Assembly (NCBI GenBank): GCA_050732935.1
Contig: JBOHRW010000199.1
Coordinates: 1,755-65,754, forward strand
Direction of reading: 5' to 3'
Source: Gemmatimonadota bacterium
Lineage (GTDB): Bacteria > Gemmatimonadota > Gemmatimonadetes > JACCXV01 > JAHWKZ01
Length of the DNA: 64,000 nt
The stretch's first letter is position 1. The number at the start of each line of letters is the position of its first letter. The notes under the pieces were generated by a model. That model saw nothing but the letters and a program-made list of their open reading frames with translations, searched no databases and was not told where the DNA came from. Made by a program: the position numbers and the translations under genes. This document shows positions 49,855-58,801 of the stretch, piece after piece.

Positions 49855-50496
49855 ATGATCGAGCTCCAGACCCCCTCTTCCGGTGTTCCGGTCACGCACG
49901 ATCGACCTCTGGTCGGTGTGCTGGCCGTGCAGGGGGACGTCTCCGAGCACGTCGCTGCCCTCGAGCAGAGCGGTGCGCGGGCGCTCCAGGTCAAGCGCCC
50001 CGAGGACCTGGAAGACGTGGAGGGTCTCGTCCTGCCGGGGGGGGAGTCGACCACGCTGCGACGCCTGCTCGACTACGAGGGGCTCCTGAAGCGGATTCGG
50101 GAGAAGTATGACGGAGGGATGCCGATTTTCGGCACGTGCGCGGGGGCGATCCTGCTGGCGACCGAGGTGAAGGGCGCACCGGCGCCCCACCTGTCGCTCC
50201 TCCCGATGACCGTGCGCCGCAACGCTTTCGGCCGCCAACGTGAATCGTTCACGACCGAGCTCGAGGTGGTCGGGCTCGAGGGCGGGCCGTTCCGCGCCGT
50301 CTTCATCCGCGCTCCCGTGATCGAGAGTGTCGGTCCCGGCCTTCAGGTCCTGGCGAGGCTGGACGGCGAGGCCGTCCTCGCTGAGAGCGGACGCGCTCTC
50401 GTGGCGTCGTTCCATCCCGAGCTGACGGCCGATCTACGGCTGCACCAGCGCTTCCTGGAGAAGGTGCGTGGGGGGCTCGCTGGTCAGGTGGACTAG
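49855..50496 (+). CDS. pdxT: Pyridoxal 5'-phosphate synthase glutaminase subunit PdxT
   Basis: VGVLAVQGDVSEHV...LVLPGGESTT...FGTCAGAILL...SFHPELT. ATG at 49855 verified. The 225-codon upstream extension in the ORF track is rejected. Confidence 0.95.
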   Translation: MIELQTPSSGVPVTHDRPLVGVLAVQGDVSEHVAALEQSGARALQVKRPEDLEDVEGLVLPGGESTTLRRLLDYEGLLKRIREKYDGGMPIFGTCAGAILLATEVKGAPAPHLSLLPMTVRRNAFGRQRESFTTELEVVGLEGGPFRAVFIRAPVIESVGPGLQVLARLDGEAVLAESGRALVASFHPELTADLRLHQRFLEKVRGGLAGQVD

Positions 50497-50506
50497 ACCT
50501 CGTCGA

Positions 50507-51559
50507 TCAGCACGTCAGGTCGATCCGAAACCAGCAGGCAGCAAAGGGTGAGGTCTCGAAAAAGTCCAGCAGGAGCCGGCCGACCTTCTCCCTACCGCTC
50601 GGGGATACATGCGTCCCGTCCCCCTTCGCGAAGTCGTCCCGCGTCCACGTCAGGCCGTCGGCGCGAGGCGTCTCCCCCGCCGCCCAGGTGTAAGGACCCC
50701 AGCCGAGCCACGGCGTCGTCCCGAGTCCGAGGTCCCCGGACTCCGCATCCACCCGTCCGGTGCGCGTCTGCACAATCTGGGCCTCGATCAGCCACTTGAC
50801 CGCGAACCCGGACTCGTAGGCGTAGGGCTCGGGGTTGGCCGCGCTCGTCGCCCAGCCGCCGTATATGCGGCTCGACACGAAGACGAGACGGAGGTTGGGG
50901 TAGTGGTCGGCGAGCGTGCGGACGATCGTCCCGAGATTCGCTTCCAGCTCGAAGGCGTCCGCGGCCTGAGAGGGCAGCGAGACGGTCGGCACCCGGTTTG
51001 CCTGCAGGATCCACACGACCTGGACCTGCGCCTCGGTCAGCCCCAGCGGACCGAGGCGCTCGTTCCGGACCAGGTCGTAGATGCCGGGCGAGTCCCACTT
51101 GTCGGCGTCGCGACCGCGCATGGCGCCGTCCACGATCGCCACCGTCGCATGATCGACATCGGGATCGGCGGCCGCCTGGCCGACGAAGCTGAACGTCGCA
51201 CAATCGGTCACGGGGCCCGAGCAGAATACCTGCGAGGTGCTGGACATCCCCACCGACAGGAGAACGATCCGGCCCGCGGGGTCGGGACGACCGGCCGTGT
51301 CCAGAGGCTCGATCGCGGCCACCCGGGCGGCGCCCGCCGCGGCGTGGTCGGATGGCGGCTCGTTGCGCCCATCGGGATAGAGACCGCCCTCGAAGCCCAG
51401 GTACGTCCCCGTCCCCAGCTCGGTCAGCGGGACGAACCCGGCCGCCGGCGACGGACCGTCCGGGGGCTGGGGCTCCTGGTTCTCGACCGCCGTCGTCTCT
51501 TCGCAGACGGTGAGCCCCCCGGCGATCAGAGCGATCCATATGATTCTGGCCATCGGCAT
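50507..51559 (-). CDS. Secreted hypothetical protein, possibly an SGNH/GDSL-like hydrolase fold
   Basis: GAGGAGG RBS before the ATG at 51559. Signal peptide MPMARIIWIALIAGGLTVCEE. No firm family assignment. Confidence 0.55.
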   Translation of the reverse strand: MPMARIIWIALIAGGLTVCEETTAVENQEPQPPDGPSPAAGFVPLTELGTGTYLGFEGGLYPDGRNEPPSDHAAAGAARVAAIEPLDTAGRPDPAGRIVLLSVGMSSTSQVFCSGPVTDCATFSFVGQAAADPDVDHATVAIVDGAMRGRDADKWDSPGIYDLVRNERLGPLGLTEAQVQVVWILQANRVPTVSLPSQAADAFELEANLGTIVRTLADHYPNLRLVFVSSRIYGGWATSAANPEPYAYESGFAVKWLIEAQIVQTRTGRVDAESGDLGLGTTPWLGWGPYTWAAGETPRADGLTWTRDDFAKGDGTHVSPSGREKVGRLLLDFFETSPFAACWFRIDLTC

Positions 51560-51694
51560 CGGTCCTCCTCGCTCCTCCATGATCGTTAGTGAAGCTGGTC
51601 GAAAAAGTCCTCTCGTCAAGCCGCTCGAAGGTCGAAGCCAGGGTAAGCGTCGACCGGCTGCAGGAGACCGCCCACCCCTACGGCCTCGGCCTCA

Positions 51695-52573
51695 TCACGT
51701 CTTTCCATGCCTCCCCCTCGGCTCGCCGGTCGCGCTCGCAATGCCGGCCGGAGATTCCGACCGCGTCAGGCGTCGATAGTAATCCGGATACCTTCGGATG
51801 CGCTCGGTCAGGGTCGGAGAAAGCGCCTCCAGCCACGGAAGCAGTCGCGCCCTCCGATACGGATACACCGCGAAGCGCGGTCGTTCGATCGTGCCCACGA
51901 TGGCCTCGGCCACCTCCTCGGCCGTCTGCCGCGGGCTCCGGATCCGGACCCCGCTCCGTGGTCCGCCTCCGGTGTGATCGCGCTGCGCTTCCCGGAACTC
52001 GGTACCGGTGACGACCGGATAGACGACCGACACCAGGGCCCCGATCTCACCCGCTTCTACACGCAACCCTTCAGCCAGGTTCATCTGGGCAGCCTTGGTG
52101 GCGCTGTACAGGGCGTTGGCGGGAAGCCCGTGGAAGGCGGCGCTCGAGCTGACGATCACGACGTGACCGGATCGCTGTTTCTCGAAGATCGGCCATACCG
52201 CCTGGATCGCCCAGATCGTGCCGAGGACGTTGACATCAAAGATCTCGCGCGCTTCGTCGGGCGGGGTGTCCGCCACCGGCGCGACGACTCCAAACCCGGC
52301 GTTGGCCACGACCACATCCAGCCTACCCCAACGTCGGGCCGCTGCCGTCGTCAGACGCTCCAGGTCGTCCCGGTTTCGCACGTCACCCGGCACGACCTCG
52401 GCCTCGCCCCCGGTGGTTTCCACTCGTCGCGCCACCTCGGCCAGACGGGCCTGCCGGCGGGCGAGCAGAACCAGCCGCATACGCCGCCGCGCGCAGGCGA
52501 CAGCGGTGGCGGCTCCGATCCCGCTCGACGCTCCGGTGATCGCGACGACCCGTCCCTCGAGGACGCGCTTCAC
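51695..52573 (-). CDS. SDR-family oxidoreductase
   Basis: ITGASSGIGAATA (TGxxxGxG), NAGFG, YSATKAA (YxxxK). Confidence 0.9.
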   Translation of the reverse strand: MKRVLEGRVVAITGASSGIGAATAVACARRRMRLVLLARRQARLAEVARRVETTGGEAEVVPGDVRNRDDLERLTTAAARRWGRLDVVVANAGFGVVAPVADTPPDEAREIFDVNVLGTIWAIQAVWPIFEKQRSGHVVIVSSSAAFHGLPANALYSATKAAQMNLAEGLRVEAGEIGALVSVVYPVVTGTEFREAQRDHTGGGPRSGVRIRSPRQTAEEVAEAIVGTIERPRFAVYPYRRARLLPWLEALSPTLTERIRRYPDYYRRLTRSESPAGIASATGEPRGRHGKT

Positions 52574-52634
52574 CTGGCCCGGCCCCCGGGACGGTTCGAA
52601 TTTCTACGTTCGGATGGAAGAGCTTCCGGCGCCC

Positions 52635-53018
52635 TCAGTCCCGCTGGCGCGACCACCAGGCGAGGGCCGCGTAGATGATCCAGGCGTTGGCCAGGATCCC
52701 GATCGCCAGGAACAGCATCTCGAGCCCCGGGGCGATCGGCCCGGTACCGCGGAACATCATGGCCAGCAGGCTCCAGGGAAACGCCAGCACGTTGACGAGC
52801 GTCGTCTGGAGCTCCTCTCCGGGGCGTGTCAACGCCACCGGGAGCAGGTACGCGACGAACGCGAGAAGGAGGTAGATCCCCGTTCCCAACCGCGCGATTC
52901 GCGGCCTCGGCCGATCGATCGGCTCCCTCTTCTTGCGTTCCGGTCTTACCGGGCGGACTCGTTTCTTGCGTTCCGGGCGCTGGGGGCGGGTCCGGGTGGT
53001 CGATCGGTCGTCGGCCAT
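52635..53018 (-). CDS. Small membrane protein with a basic tandem-repeat N-terminus (RPERKKR x2) and two or three TM helices
   Basis: AGGAGG RBS 4 nt before the ATG at 53018. The upstream 135 codons of the ORF-track entry are rejected. Confidence 0.55.
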   Translation of the reverse strand: MADDRSTTRTRPQRPERKKRVRPVRPERKKREPIDRPRPRIARLGTGIYLLLAFVAYLLPVALTRPGEELQTTLVNVLAFPWSLLAMMFRGTGPIAPGLEMLFLAIGILANAWIIYAALAWWSRQRD

Positions 53019-53140
53019 CGATCCTCCTGTGCTCCAACGTGTTACGGCGATGGACGCAGGCTGAAGCGTCCACCGCCGGCCAGCTGACACCCTCCGGCGT
53101 GGCGATTTTCCACGGGGCGGGGGCCACCCCGCCGACCCCT

Positions 53141-53791
53141 TCAGGGTGCAAGGTCCGTGCCCCCCTGCAGGGGGATCTGCGGCCGCTCCGCCAGGCGGTC
53201 GATCCATTCGATCAGGGCGGGGTGGCGGTCCGGACGGGCCTCGAGATGCTCCATCAGGATGTGGTGGAAACGCCACGGGTCGTCGGCCTCCCGCCATACG
53301 GCATAGCGTAGAAACGGCCACGCCGCGCAGTCGGCGGCCGAGAAGCCGTCGTCCAGGAGGTACGCGCGTCCCGAGAGGAGCGCCTCGAAGCGGTCCAGCG
53401 AGCGACCCATCCCCATCCCCCATTCCGCGATCCGATCGGTGTCCGGTTCCGCCTTCCCTTCCTCCACGAAGATCAGGTTCGGGGGCCGCTTCCAGATCCC
53501 GTTGAACCAGTCGAGGAAGACGTCCATCTCCTCGCGGCGCGCGCGATCTTCGGGAAAGAGCGGCGGCTTGGGATGGCGCCTCTCCAGATGGCGCAGAATC
53601 TCGGTCGAGTCGTGGACGACCACGCCGTCTTCCTCGATCACCGGGACCAGGTCCTGGCCGCTGACGCGGCGGACGGGCGTCCGATCGTCGCGATCGACCG
53701 CCACGACCTCGGTCGGAAGCCCCTTGTGGGCGAGGGCCAGGGCGACGCGCTCGGTGTTGAGCGAAAGCAGGAACCCGTAGAGGCGGATCAC
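53141..53791 (-). CDS. Glutathione S-transferase
   Basis: MIRLYGFLLSLNTERVALALAHKGLPTEVVAV...LVPVIEEDGVVVHDSTEILRHL (thioredoxin-like N-domain). Confidence 0.85.
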   Translation of the reverse strand: MIRLYGFLLSLNTERVALALAHKGLPTEVVAVDRDDRTPVRRVSGQDLVPVIEEDGVVVHDSTEILRHLERRHPKPPLFPEDRARREEMDVFLDWFNGIWKRPPNLIFVEEGKAEPDTDRIAEWGMGMGRSLDRFEALLSGRAYLLDDGFSAADCAAWPFLRYAVWREADDPWRFHHILMEHLEARPDRHPALIEWIDRLAERPQIPLQGGTDLAP

Positions 53792-53906
53792 ACCGCCAAC
53801 CTAGCCGGGCGGGGAGAGGCCGTCAGCCGCTCTCTCGGTTGACGCCCTGTCGGACCGGGCGGACCTTTGACCGCGATCGACGATCGCCAATTCGAACCCG
53901 GAGACG

Positions 53907-55547
53907 ATGACGATGAGCGATACGGCCACGACCGCCCAGACGGCGACCTCCGACATGACCGCCCGCGCGCGTTCGAAGGAGCCGACGACGCTCGCCGAGC
54001 GCCTGGCGGACTTCAGCCCCGAGACCTACCACGATTTCACCGACCCCGATACGGCGGATCGCATGCGCGCGGCAATCCGCGAGGTGGAGGCGGAACTCGG
54101 ACGGTCCTACCCCAATCGGATCGGCGGCGAGGACGTCACGCTCGACGAGACGTTCGCCTCCATCAACCCGGCCGACCCGGATCAGGTGGTCGGCCGCTTC
54201 CCCAAGGGAGACGCGGCGCTGGCCGACCGAGCGGTGGCAGCCGGGGTCAGGGCCTTCGAGACCTGGAAGCGCGTCCCCGCCGACGAGCGCGCCGACTTCC
54301 TCTTCCAGGTCGCCGACGTCATGCGCCGGCGCCGCCTCGAGCTGGCCGCCTGGATGGTGTTCGAGGTCGGGAAGAGCTGGGGCGAGGCCGACGCCGACGT
54401 CGCCGAGGCGATCGACTTCTGCGACTATTACGCCCGGCTCATGCTCCACTACGCGTATGACGAGTACCCGCTGGCCGATTACGAGCCGGAGGAAAACCGC
54501 GTGGTCTATCTCCCGCTTGGAGTCGGCGCGATCATTCCTCCCTGGAACTTCCCGCTCGCGATCCTGGCCGGAATGGCCTCGGCAGCGGTCGTGGCCGGCA
54601 ACACGGTCGTCCTCAAGCCGGCCAGCGAGTCGCCGACGATCGCCTGGAAGTTCATGGAGGTGATGGACGAGGCCGGCCTGCCACCCGGCGTGCTCAACTT
54701 CCTGACCGGACCCGGTCACATCGTGGGCCGGCAGCTGGTCGATCATCGCGACATCCGGTTCGTGTCCTTCACCGGCTCCAAGCAGGTGGGGATCGAGATC
54801 AACGAGCGGGCGGCCGAGGTCCAGCCCGGGCAGAAGTGGCTCAAGCGGGTGATCGCCGAGATGGGGGGCAAGGACGCGATCGTCGTGGACCGCGACACCG
54901 ACCTGGATGCCGCGGTCGAGGGGGTCGCCGTCTCCGCCTTCGGCTATCAGGGCCAGAAGTGCTCGGCCTGCTCGCGGGCCATCGTGGACGCCGAGATCTA
55001 CGACGAGTTCCTGAAGCGCCTGGTGAAGCGGGCCGGAGAGATCGAGCCGGGGAAGGTGACGGAAGGCTCCTGGATGGGACCGGTCGTGAGCGCCAGCCAG
55101 TTCCAGAAGGTCGGCGAGTACATCGAAGCCGGAAAGAACGAGGGCGCGCTCGTCCTGGGAGGCCACTACGAGGATGCCGAGGGCTTCTATATCGAGCCCA
55201 CGATCTTCGCCGATGTCAAGCCGGATGCCCGGATCGCGCGTGAGGAGATCTTCGGGCCCGTGCTGGCGGTCATCAAGGCGCGCGACTTCGACGAGGCGCT
55301 CCAGATCGCCAACGACACGGAGTACGGTCTGACAGGCGCGGTCTACACGAACGACGCCGACAAGATCCGGCGCGCCGAGGAGGAGTTTCACGTCGGCAAC
55401 CTCTACGTCAACCGGAAGTGCACGGGCGCGCTGGTCGGGGTCCATCCGTTCGGGGGCTTCAACATGTCGGGAACGGACTCCAAGGCCGGCGGGCGCGACT
55501 ACCTGCTGCTGTTTCTCCAGCCCAAAACGATCGCCCGGAAGAAGTGA
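53907..55547 (+). CDS. pruA: L-glutamate gamma-semialdehyde (1-pyrroline-5-carboxylate) dehydrogenase
   Basis: Aldehyde dehydrogenase motifs FTGSKQVG, EMGGKDAIVV, GQKCSACSR. 546 aa. Confidence 0.9.
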   Translation: MTMSDTATTAQTATSDMTARARSKEPTTLAERLADFSPETYHDFTDPDTADRMRAAIREVEAELGRSYPNRIGGEDVTLDETFASINPADPDQVVGRFPKGDAALADRAVAAGVRAFETWKRVPADERADFLFQVADVMRRRRLELAAWMVFEVGKSWGEADADVAEAIDFCDYYARLMLHYAYDEYPLADYEPEENRVVYLPLGVGAIIPPWNFPLAILAGMASAAVVAGNTVVLKPASESPTIAWKFMEVMDEAGLPPGVLNFLTGPGHIVGRQLVDHRDIRFVSFTGSKQVGIEINERAAEVQPGQKWLKRVIAEMGGKDAIVVDRDTDLDAAVEGVAVSAFGYQGQKCSACSRAIVDAEIYDEFLKRLVKRAGEIEPGKVTEGSWMGPVVSASQFQKVGEYIEAGKNEGALVLGGHYEDAEGFYIEPTIFADVKPDARIAREEIFGPVLAVIKARDFDEALQIANDTEYGLTGAVYTNDADKIRRAEEEFHVGNLYVNRKCTGALVGVHPFGGFNMSGTDSKAGGRDYLLLFLQPKTIARKK

Positions 55548-55584
55548 GGCGCCCGAAGATGCCCCATCCCGGGTCCTCCCTCGC

Positions 55585-56775
55585 GTGCTGAGCCGCGCGG
55601 CGCGGCGCGACATGGGGCTCCTCTTCGGAGCCCTGGGCGCCTTCTTCCTTTCGATCAGCATGCTGGTTCCCACCCTTCCGCTCTACGTGCGCTCGCTGGG
55701 CGGCGATCCGATCGAGATCGGCCTCGTGGTGGGCAGCTTCTCGCTCGGCGTCCTGGTCGTCCGCCCGTGGGTGGGTCACGCCCTCGACAGCCGCGGGAGG
55801 CGCCCCCTCCTCGTGCTGGGGAGCCTCGTGGTCGCCATCGTCTCGCCTCTCTACGTCTGGCTCACGGCGCTCGGGCTCCTGATTGCCGTGCGCGTGGTCC
55901 ACGGAATGGGGCTCTCCGCCTTCACGGGAGCCTCCACCACCCTCGTCACCGATCTCTCCCCGCCCCACCGCCGCACGGAGTTTCTGGGCTACCTGTCGAC
56001 CTCGAGCATCCTCGCGTTCGCCCTCGGACCCCTGGTGGGGATCGAGATCTCCGAGCGCTGGGGATACCCGGCCCTCTTCGCGGCCATCACCGCCTGCGCC
56101 GTGGCTTCGCTGGCCTGCGGAGCGGGGATCAGCCGCCCGCCGCGGCATTTCGATAGATCGTCGCGCGCGGATTATCGCCGGGCCATCCTGCGGCGGGACG
56201 TCCTCGTTCCCACGGCGACCCTGCTCCTCGTCACGCTCGCGCACGGCGGGCTCTTCGCCTTCATCCCGATCCTGCTGGAGGAGCGCCTCGAGTTCAACTT
56301 CGGGCTCTTCTTTCTCTCCTACGCCGGGGCGTCGCTGGTCGTGCGGCTCGCCATCGGACGGATCGCCCGGCTGTGGGGAGACGGGCCGCTGGTGTGGGGG
56401 GGACTCGCCCTCTATGCGATCGGGCTCGCCCTGGCGCCCTTCGTCCACGACACCATCTCGATGATCCTCCCCGCCGTCTTCCTCGGAGTCGGATTCGGGG
56501 CCTATCAGCCGGCGGTCTACGGGATCGTGGCCAACGCGGCCTCGGACCGCACGCGCGGCATGGTCCTGAGCGTCTTCCTGGCCGCCTTCGACGCCGGGAT
56601 GTCGCTGGGCGGCCTGGTCTCGGGGCCGATCGTCGCCGCCTACGGCATCCCGCGACTGATCCTGGGGCTCACGTTCGTGCCGCTCCTGGCCGCCGCGGTC
56701 TTCGTAAGCTGGCTGGGCTGGAGACCGGCGCCTTGTCCGCCCGCCCTTCCCGAAGAGGCCCGGGTGCCCTCTTGA
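55585..56775 (+). CDS. MFS transporter
   Basis: 12 TM helices. GHALDSRGRRPLLV loop 2-3 motif. Confidence 0.85.
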   Translation: MLSRAARRDMGLLFGALGAFFLSISMLVPTLPLYVRSLGGDPIEIGLVVGSFSLGVLVVRPWVGHALDSRGRRPLLVLGSLVVAIVSPLYVWLTALGLLIAVRVVHGMGLSAFTGASTTLVTDLSPPHRRTEFLGYLSTSSILAFALGPLVGIEISERWGYPALFAAITACAVASLACGAGISRPPRHFDRSSRADYRRAILRRDVLVPTATLLLVTLAHGGLFAFIPILLEERLEFNFGLFFLSYAGASLVVRLAIGRIARLWGDGPLVWGGLALYAIGLALAPFVHDTISMILPAVFLGVGFGAYQPAVYGIVANAASDRTRGMVLSVFLAAFDAGMSLGGLVSGPIVAAYGIPRLILGLTFVPLLAAAVFVSWLGWRPAPCPPALPEEARVPS

Positions 56776-57428
56776 GGTGGTCTTGGATCGCAGCCGGGCT
56801 TTTCGCTTGCCTGATGGTACTGGCCCCCGCGTCATGGTCGAGGGCCCAGAAGCCCGACCCGATCATCCCCGGCGGGCGTCCCTTCGAGGTCCGGCACGTG
56901 CTGCAGGCCGCCGACTCGATCCTGAGCACACCCGAGCGCGGTGTCAGCCTCGAGGCTTTCCGGAACGACACGGTGACGGGCGTCTATCTGCAAGGGAGCT
57001 ATCAGGGGCGCGACGAATCGATTGGCTTCGGCGGCGGAGCCGAAGGGATGCGCTACCTGTGGTTTTCCATCGGCGGTCCGCCGGGTGTGGAGTACGTGGC
57101 CCTTCTTTACGATCTGGATCACGACCTGACCGCGGAGTTCATGCTCCTTCGCACGATCGACAGAAACCGGCGCACCGACTACGCGATCGAGTACCGAGCC
57201 CCGAGCGTCCGCAACGAGACCTTCGACATCACGCTCCAGCCCGCGTGCGCGCCCCCGCGCTGCGATCCCTCCTCGTGGACGGAGCACCCGCGGCGGACGG
57301 TCCATGTCGCCCCGGAATGGTTCGAGCCCTCGAGACCGCTCCTGTCCCTGGCGGCGGCGCGCGGGGAGCAATGGCTCGGCCGCCCGGTGGCCTTGCTTCG
57401 CCGTCCCCCGCCCGATCTCCAGCCATGA
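56772..57428 (+). CDS. Secreted hypothetical protein, 218 aa, TTG start overlapping the MFS stop
   Basis: Signal-like N-terminus LRWSWIAAGLFACLMVLAPASWS. The in-frame 56373-57428 ORF-track entry begins upstream inside the MFS gene and is rejected. Confidence 0.5.
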   Translation: MRWSWIAAGLFACLMVLAPASWSRAQKPDPIIPGGRPFEVRHVLQAADSILSTPERGVSLEAFRNDTVTGVYLQGSYQGRDESIGFGGGAEGMRYLWFSIGGPPGVEYVALLYDLDHDLTAEFMLLRTIDRNRRTDYAIEYRAPSVRNETFDITLQPACAPPRCDPSSWTEHPRRTVHVAPEWFEPSRPLLSLAAARGEQWLGRPVALLRRPPPDLQP

Positions 57429-58180
57429 TGCCGCGGCTGGCCCGGCGCGGGCCCGAGCTCGTCGAATGGATGGATGCCGGACTAGGAACGGAAGCCGAGG
57501 TCGCGGGTGCGTACCGCGAGCTCGAGCGGGTCAACCTAAGGCTCGGCGGCTATCGCGCCACGGTGGGACCGCTCCGGGAGCTCCTGGGTCGCGAGCCGGA
57601 AGCCGATCTCTCGATCCTCGACGTGGCCGGCGGGGATGGACGCAGCGCCGTCCAGCTCGTCGAGCGGCTCGCCTCCCCGCGCGCCCGCGTGACGGCATGG
57701 GTGCTCGACATGGGCCCGCTGTCGACCGCCCTCGCCGCGAGGCGCGTCTCGGCGGGGGGGAGGATCATGGCCGTCCGCGGTGACGCGCGCCGGCTTCCCT
57801 TCCCGGACCGCAGCGTCGACGTCGTCCACTCCGCCGCCTTCCTCCATCACTTGGGCGTCGACGACGCCTGCGATGTCCTGGTCGAGATGTGCCGCGTGAG
57901 CCGCCGCTTCGTCCTGGTCAACGATCTCGTCCGCTCCTGGATCGCCGCCGGCTCGATCTGGGTCCTGACCCGCCTCCTCAGCGAGAACCGGCTGATCCGT
58001 CACGACGGCCCGCTCTCGGTCCTCAAGGCGTTCCGGCCGGAGGAGCTCCTCCGTCTCGCCCGGGCGGGCGGGCCTTCCGTCGGCGGATTCCGCTGGCGGC
58101 TGGAACGCTCCTTTCCCTACCGGATGACGCTGATCGGTGCGCGGGTGGCCGGCCCGCCACCGCGAGATCCCCCGGGGTGA
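57425..58180 (+). CDS. Class I SAM-dependent methyltransferase
   Basis: ILDVAGGDG (motif I). RLPFPDRSVDVVHSAAFLHHL. ATG overlaps the upstream stop (ATGA). Confidence 0.75.
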   Translation: MMPRLARRGPELVEWMDAGLGTEAEVAGAYRELERVNLRLGGYRATVGPLRELLGREPEADLSILDVAGGDGRSAVQLVERLASPRARVTAWVLDMGPLSTALAARRVSAGGRIMAVRGDARRLPFPDRSVDVVHSAAFLHHLGVDDACDVLVEMCRVSRRFVLVNDLVRSWIAAGSIWVLTRLLSENRLIRHDGPLSVLKAFRPEELLRLARAGGPSVGGFRWRLERSFPYRMTLIGARVAGPPPRDPPG

Positions 58181-58214
58181 ATGACCCTCTCATGAGCCCC
58201 ATAAGAAACGCGGC

Positions 58215-58250
58215 CCCCGAAAGGGCCGCGTTCTCTGTTCGATGACTCTC
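58215..58250. terminator. Bidirectional hairpin terminator between the convergent methyltransferase and ABM genes
   Basis: AACGCGGCCC-ccgaaa-GGGCCGCGTT (10-bp stem) followed by ttctctgtt, read directly from the sequence. Confidence 0.5.
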
Positions 58251-58257
58251 GTTCGAG

Positions 58258-58557
58258 TTACGACCTGAGCGTCGTAACCGCGAGGTCGAAGCTCTCGACC
58301 GATGGCGTCCCCTGGATCACGGGCTTCAGCGTCTCGAGGACCTTCGGATAGGTGTTCGTCCGATACTCCTCGGCGTGCTCCCGGTTGTCCCAGAGGCTGA
58401 TCCCGATGCCGCGATCGTCGTTGACCATCGCCAGCTCGCCACGGAACCCTTCCTGCCTCTTCATCAGCGGCAGGATTTCCTTCTCCATCGTGGTCTTGAA
58501 TTCCTGGCCCTTGCCAGGCTTGATCTCGAATTGAACGCTACGCGTGCACTGTGTCAT
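58258..58557 (-). CDS. Antibiotic-biosynthesis-monooxygenase (ABM/Dabb) fold protein
   Basis: VQFEIKPGKGQEFKTTMEKEILPLMKRQEGFRGELAMVNDDRGIGISLWDNREHAEEY. About 100 aa. AT-rich promoter-like tract upstream. Confidence 0.65.
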   Translation of the reverse strand: MTQCTRSVQFEIKPGKGQEFKTTMEKEILPLMKRQEGFRGELAMVNDDRGIGISLWDNREHAEEYRTNTYPKVLETLKPVIQGTPSVESFDLAVTTLRS

Positions 58558-58725
58558 GAAGTTCCCTTCTTTGCCTCGCGAATGAGGCGTCACAGAGACG
58601 CCGCGGGGAGTCGGCCGGCGAGGCAGTTAAGCCGTCCCCGATGGACACACAAGATACTATCATTGATCTCGTAAGTCAAGTTTTTTCAATAATTTACGAA
58701 ATCGGTAAACAGGGGCCTGGATCGT

Positions 58726-58761
58726 GAAGAGCCCCGCCGTCCGAGGGCGGCGGGGCTCTTC
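58726..58761. terminator. GC-rich stem-loop downstream of the TonB-dependent receptor gene (no U-tract)
   Basis: GAAGAGCCCCGCCG-tccgaggg-CGGCGGGGCTCTTC, a 14-bp perfect stem read from the sequence. Confidence 0.35.
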
Positions 58762-58801
58762 GTCTGACCCGGCGACGAGAGCCGGCGCAGGCGTTTCTGG
58801 C

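Noticed and set aside
56777-57424. N-terminal 216 codons of the 467-aa ORF 56777-58180
   Set aside because: Only the last 251 codons (57425-58180) form a coherent SAM-methyltransferase. The upstream part is Arg/Pro-rich. The overlapping frame-0 ORF (56772-57428) has a signal peptide and a coherent sequence.
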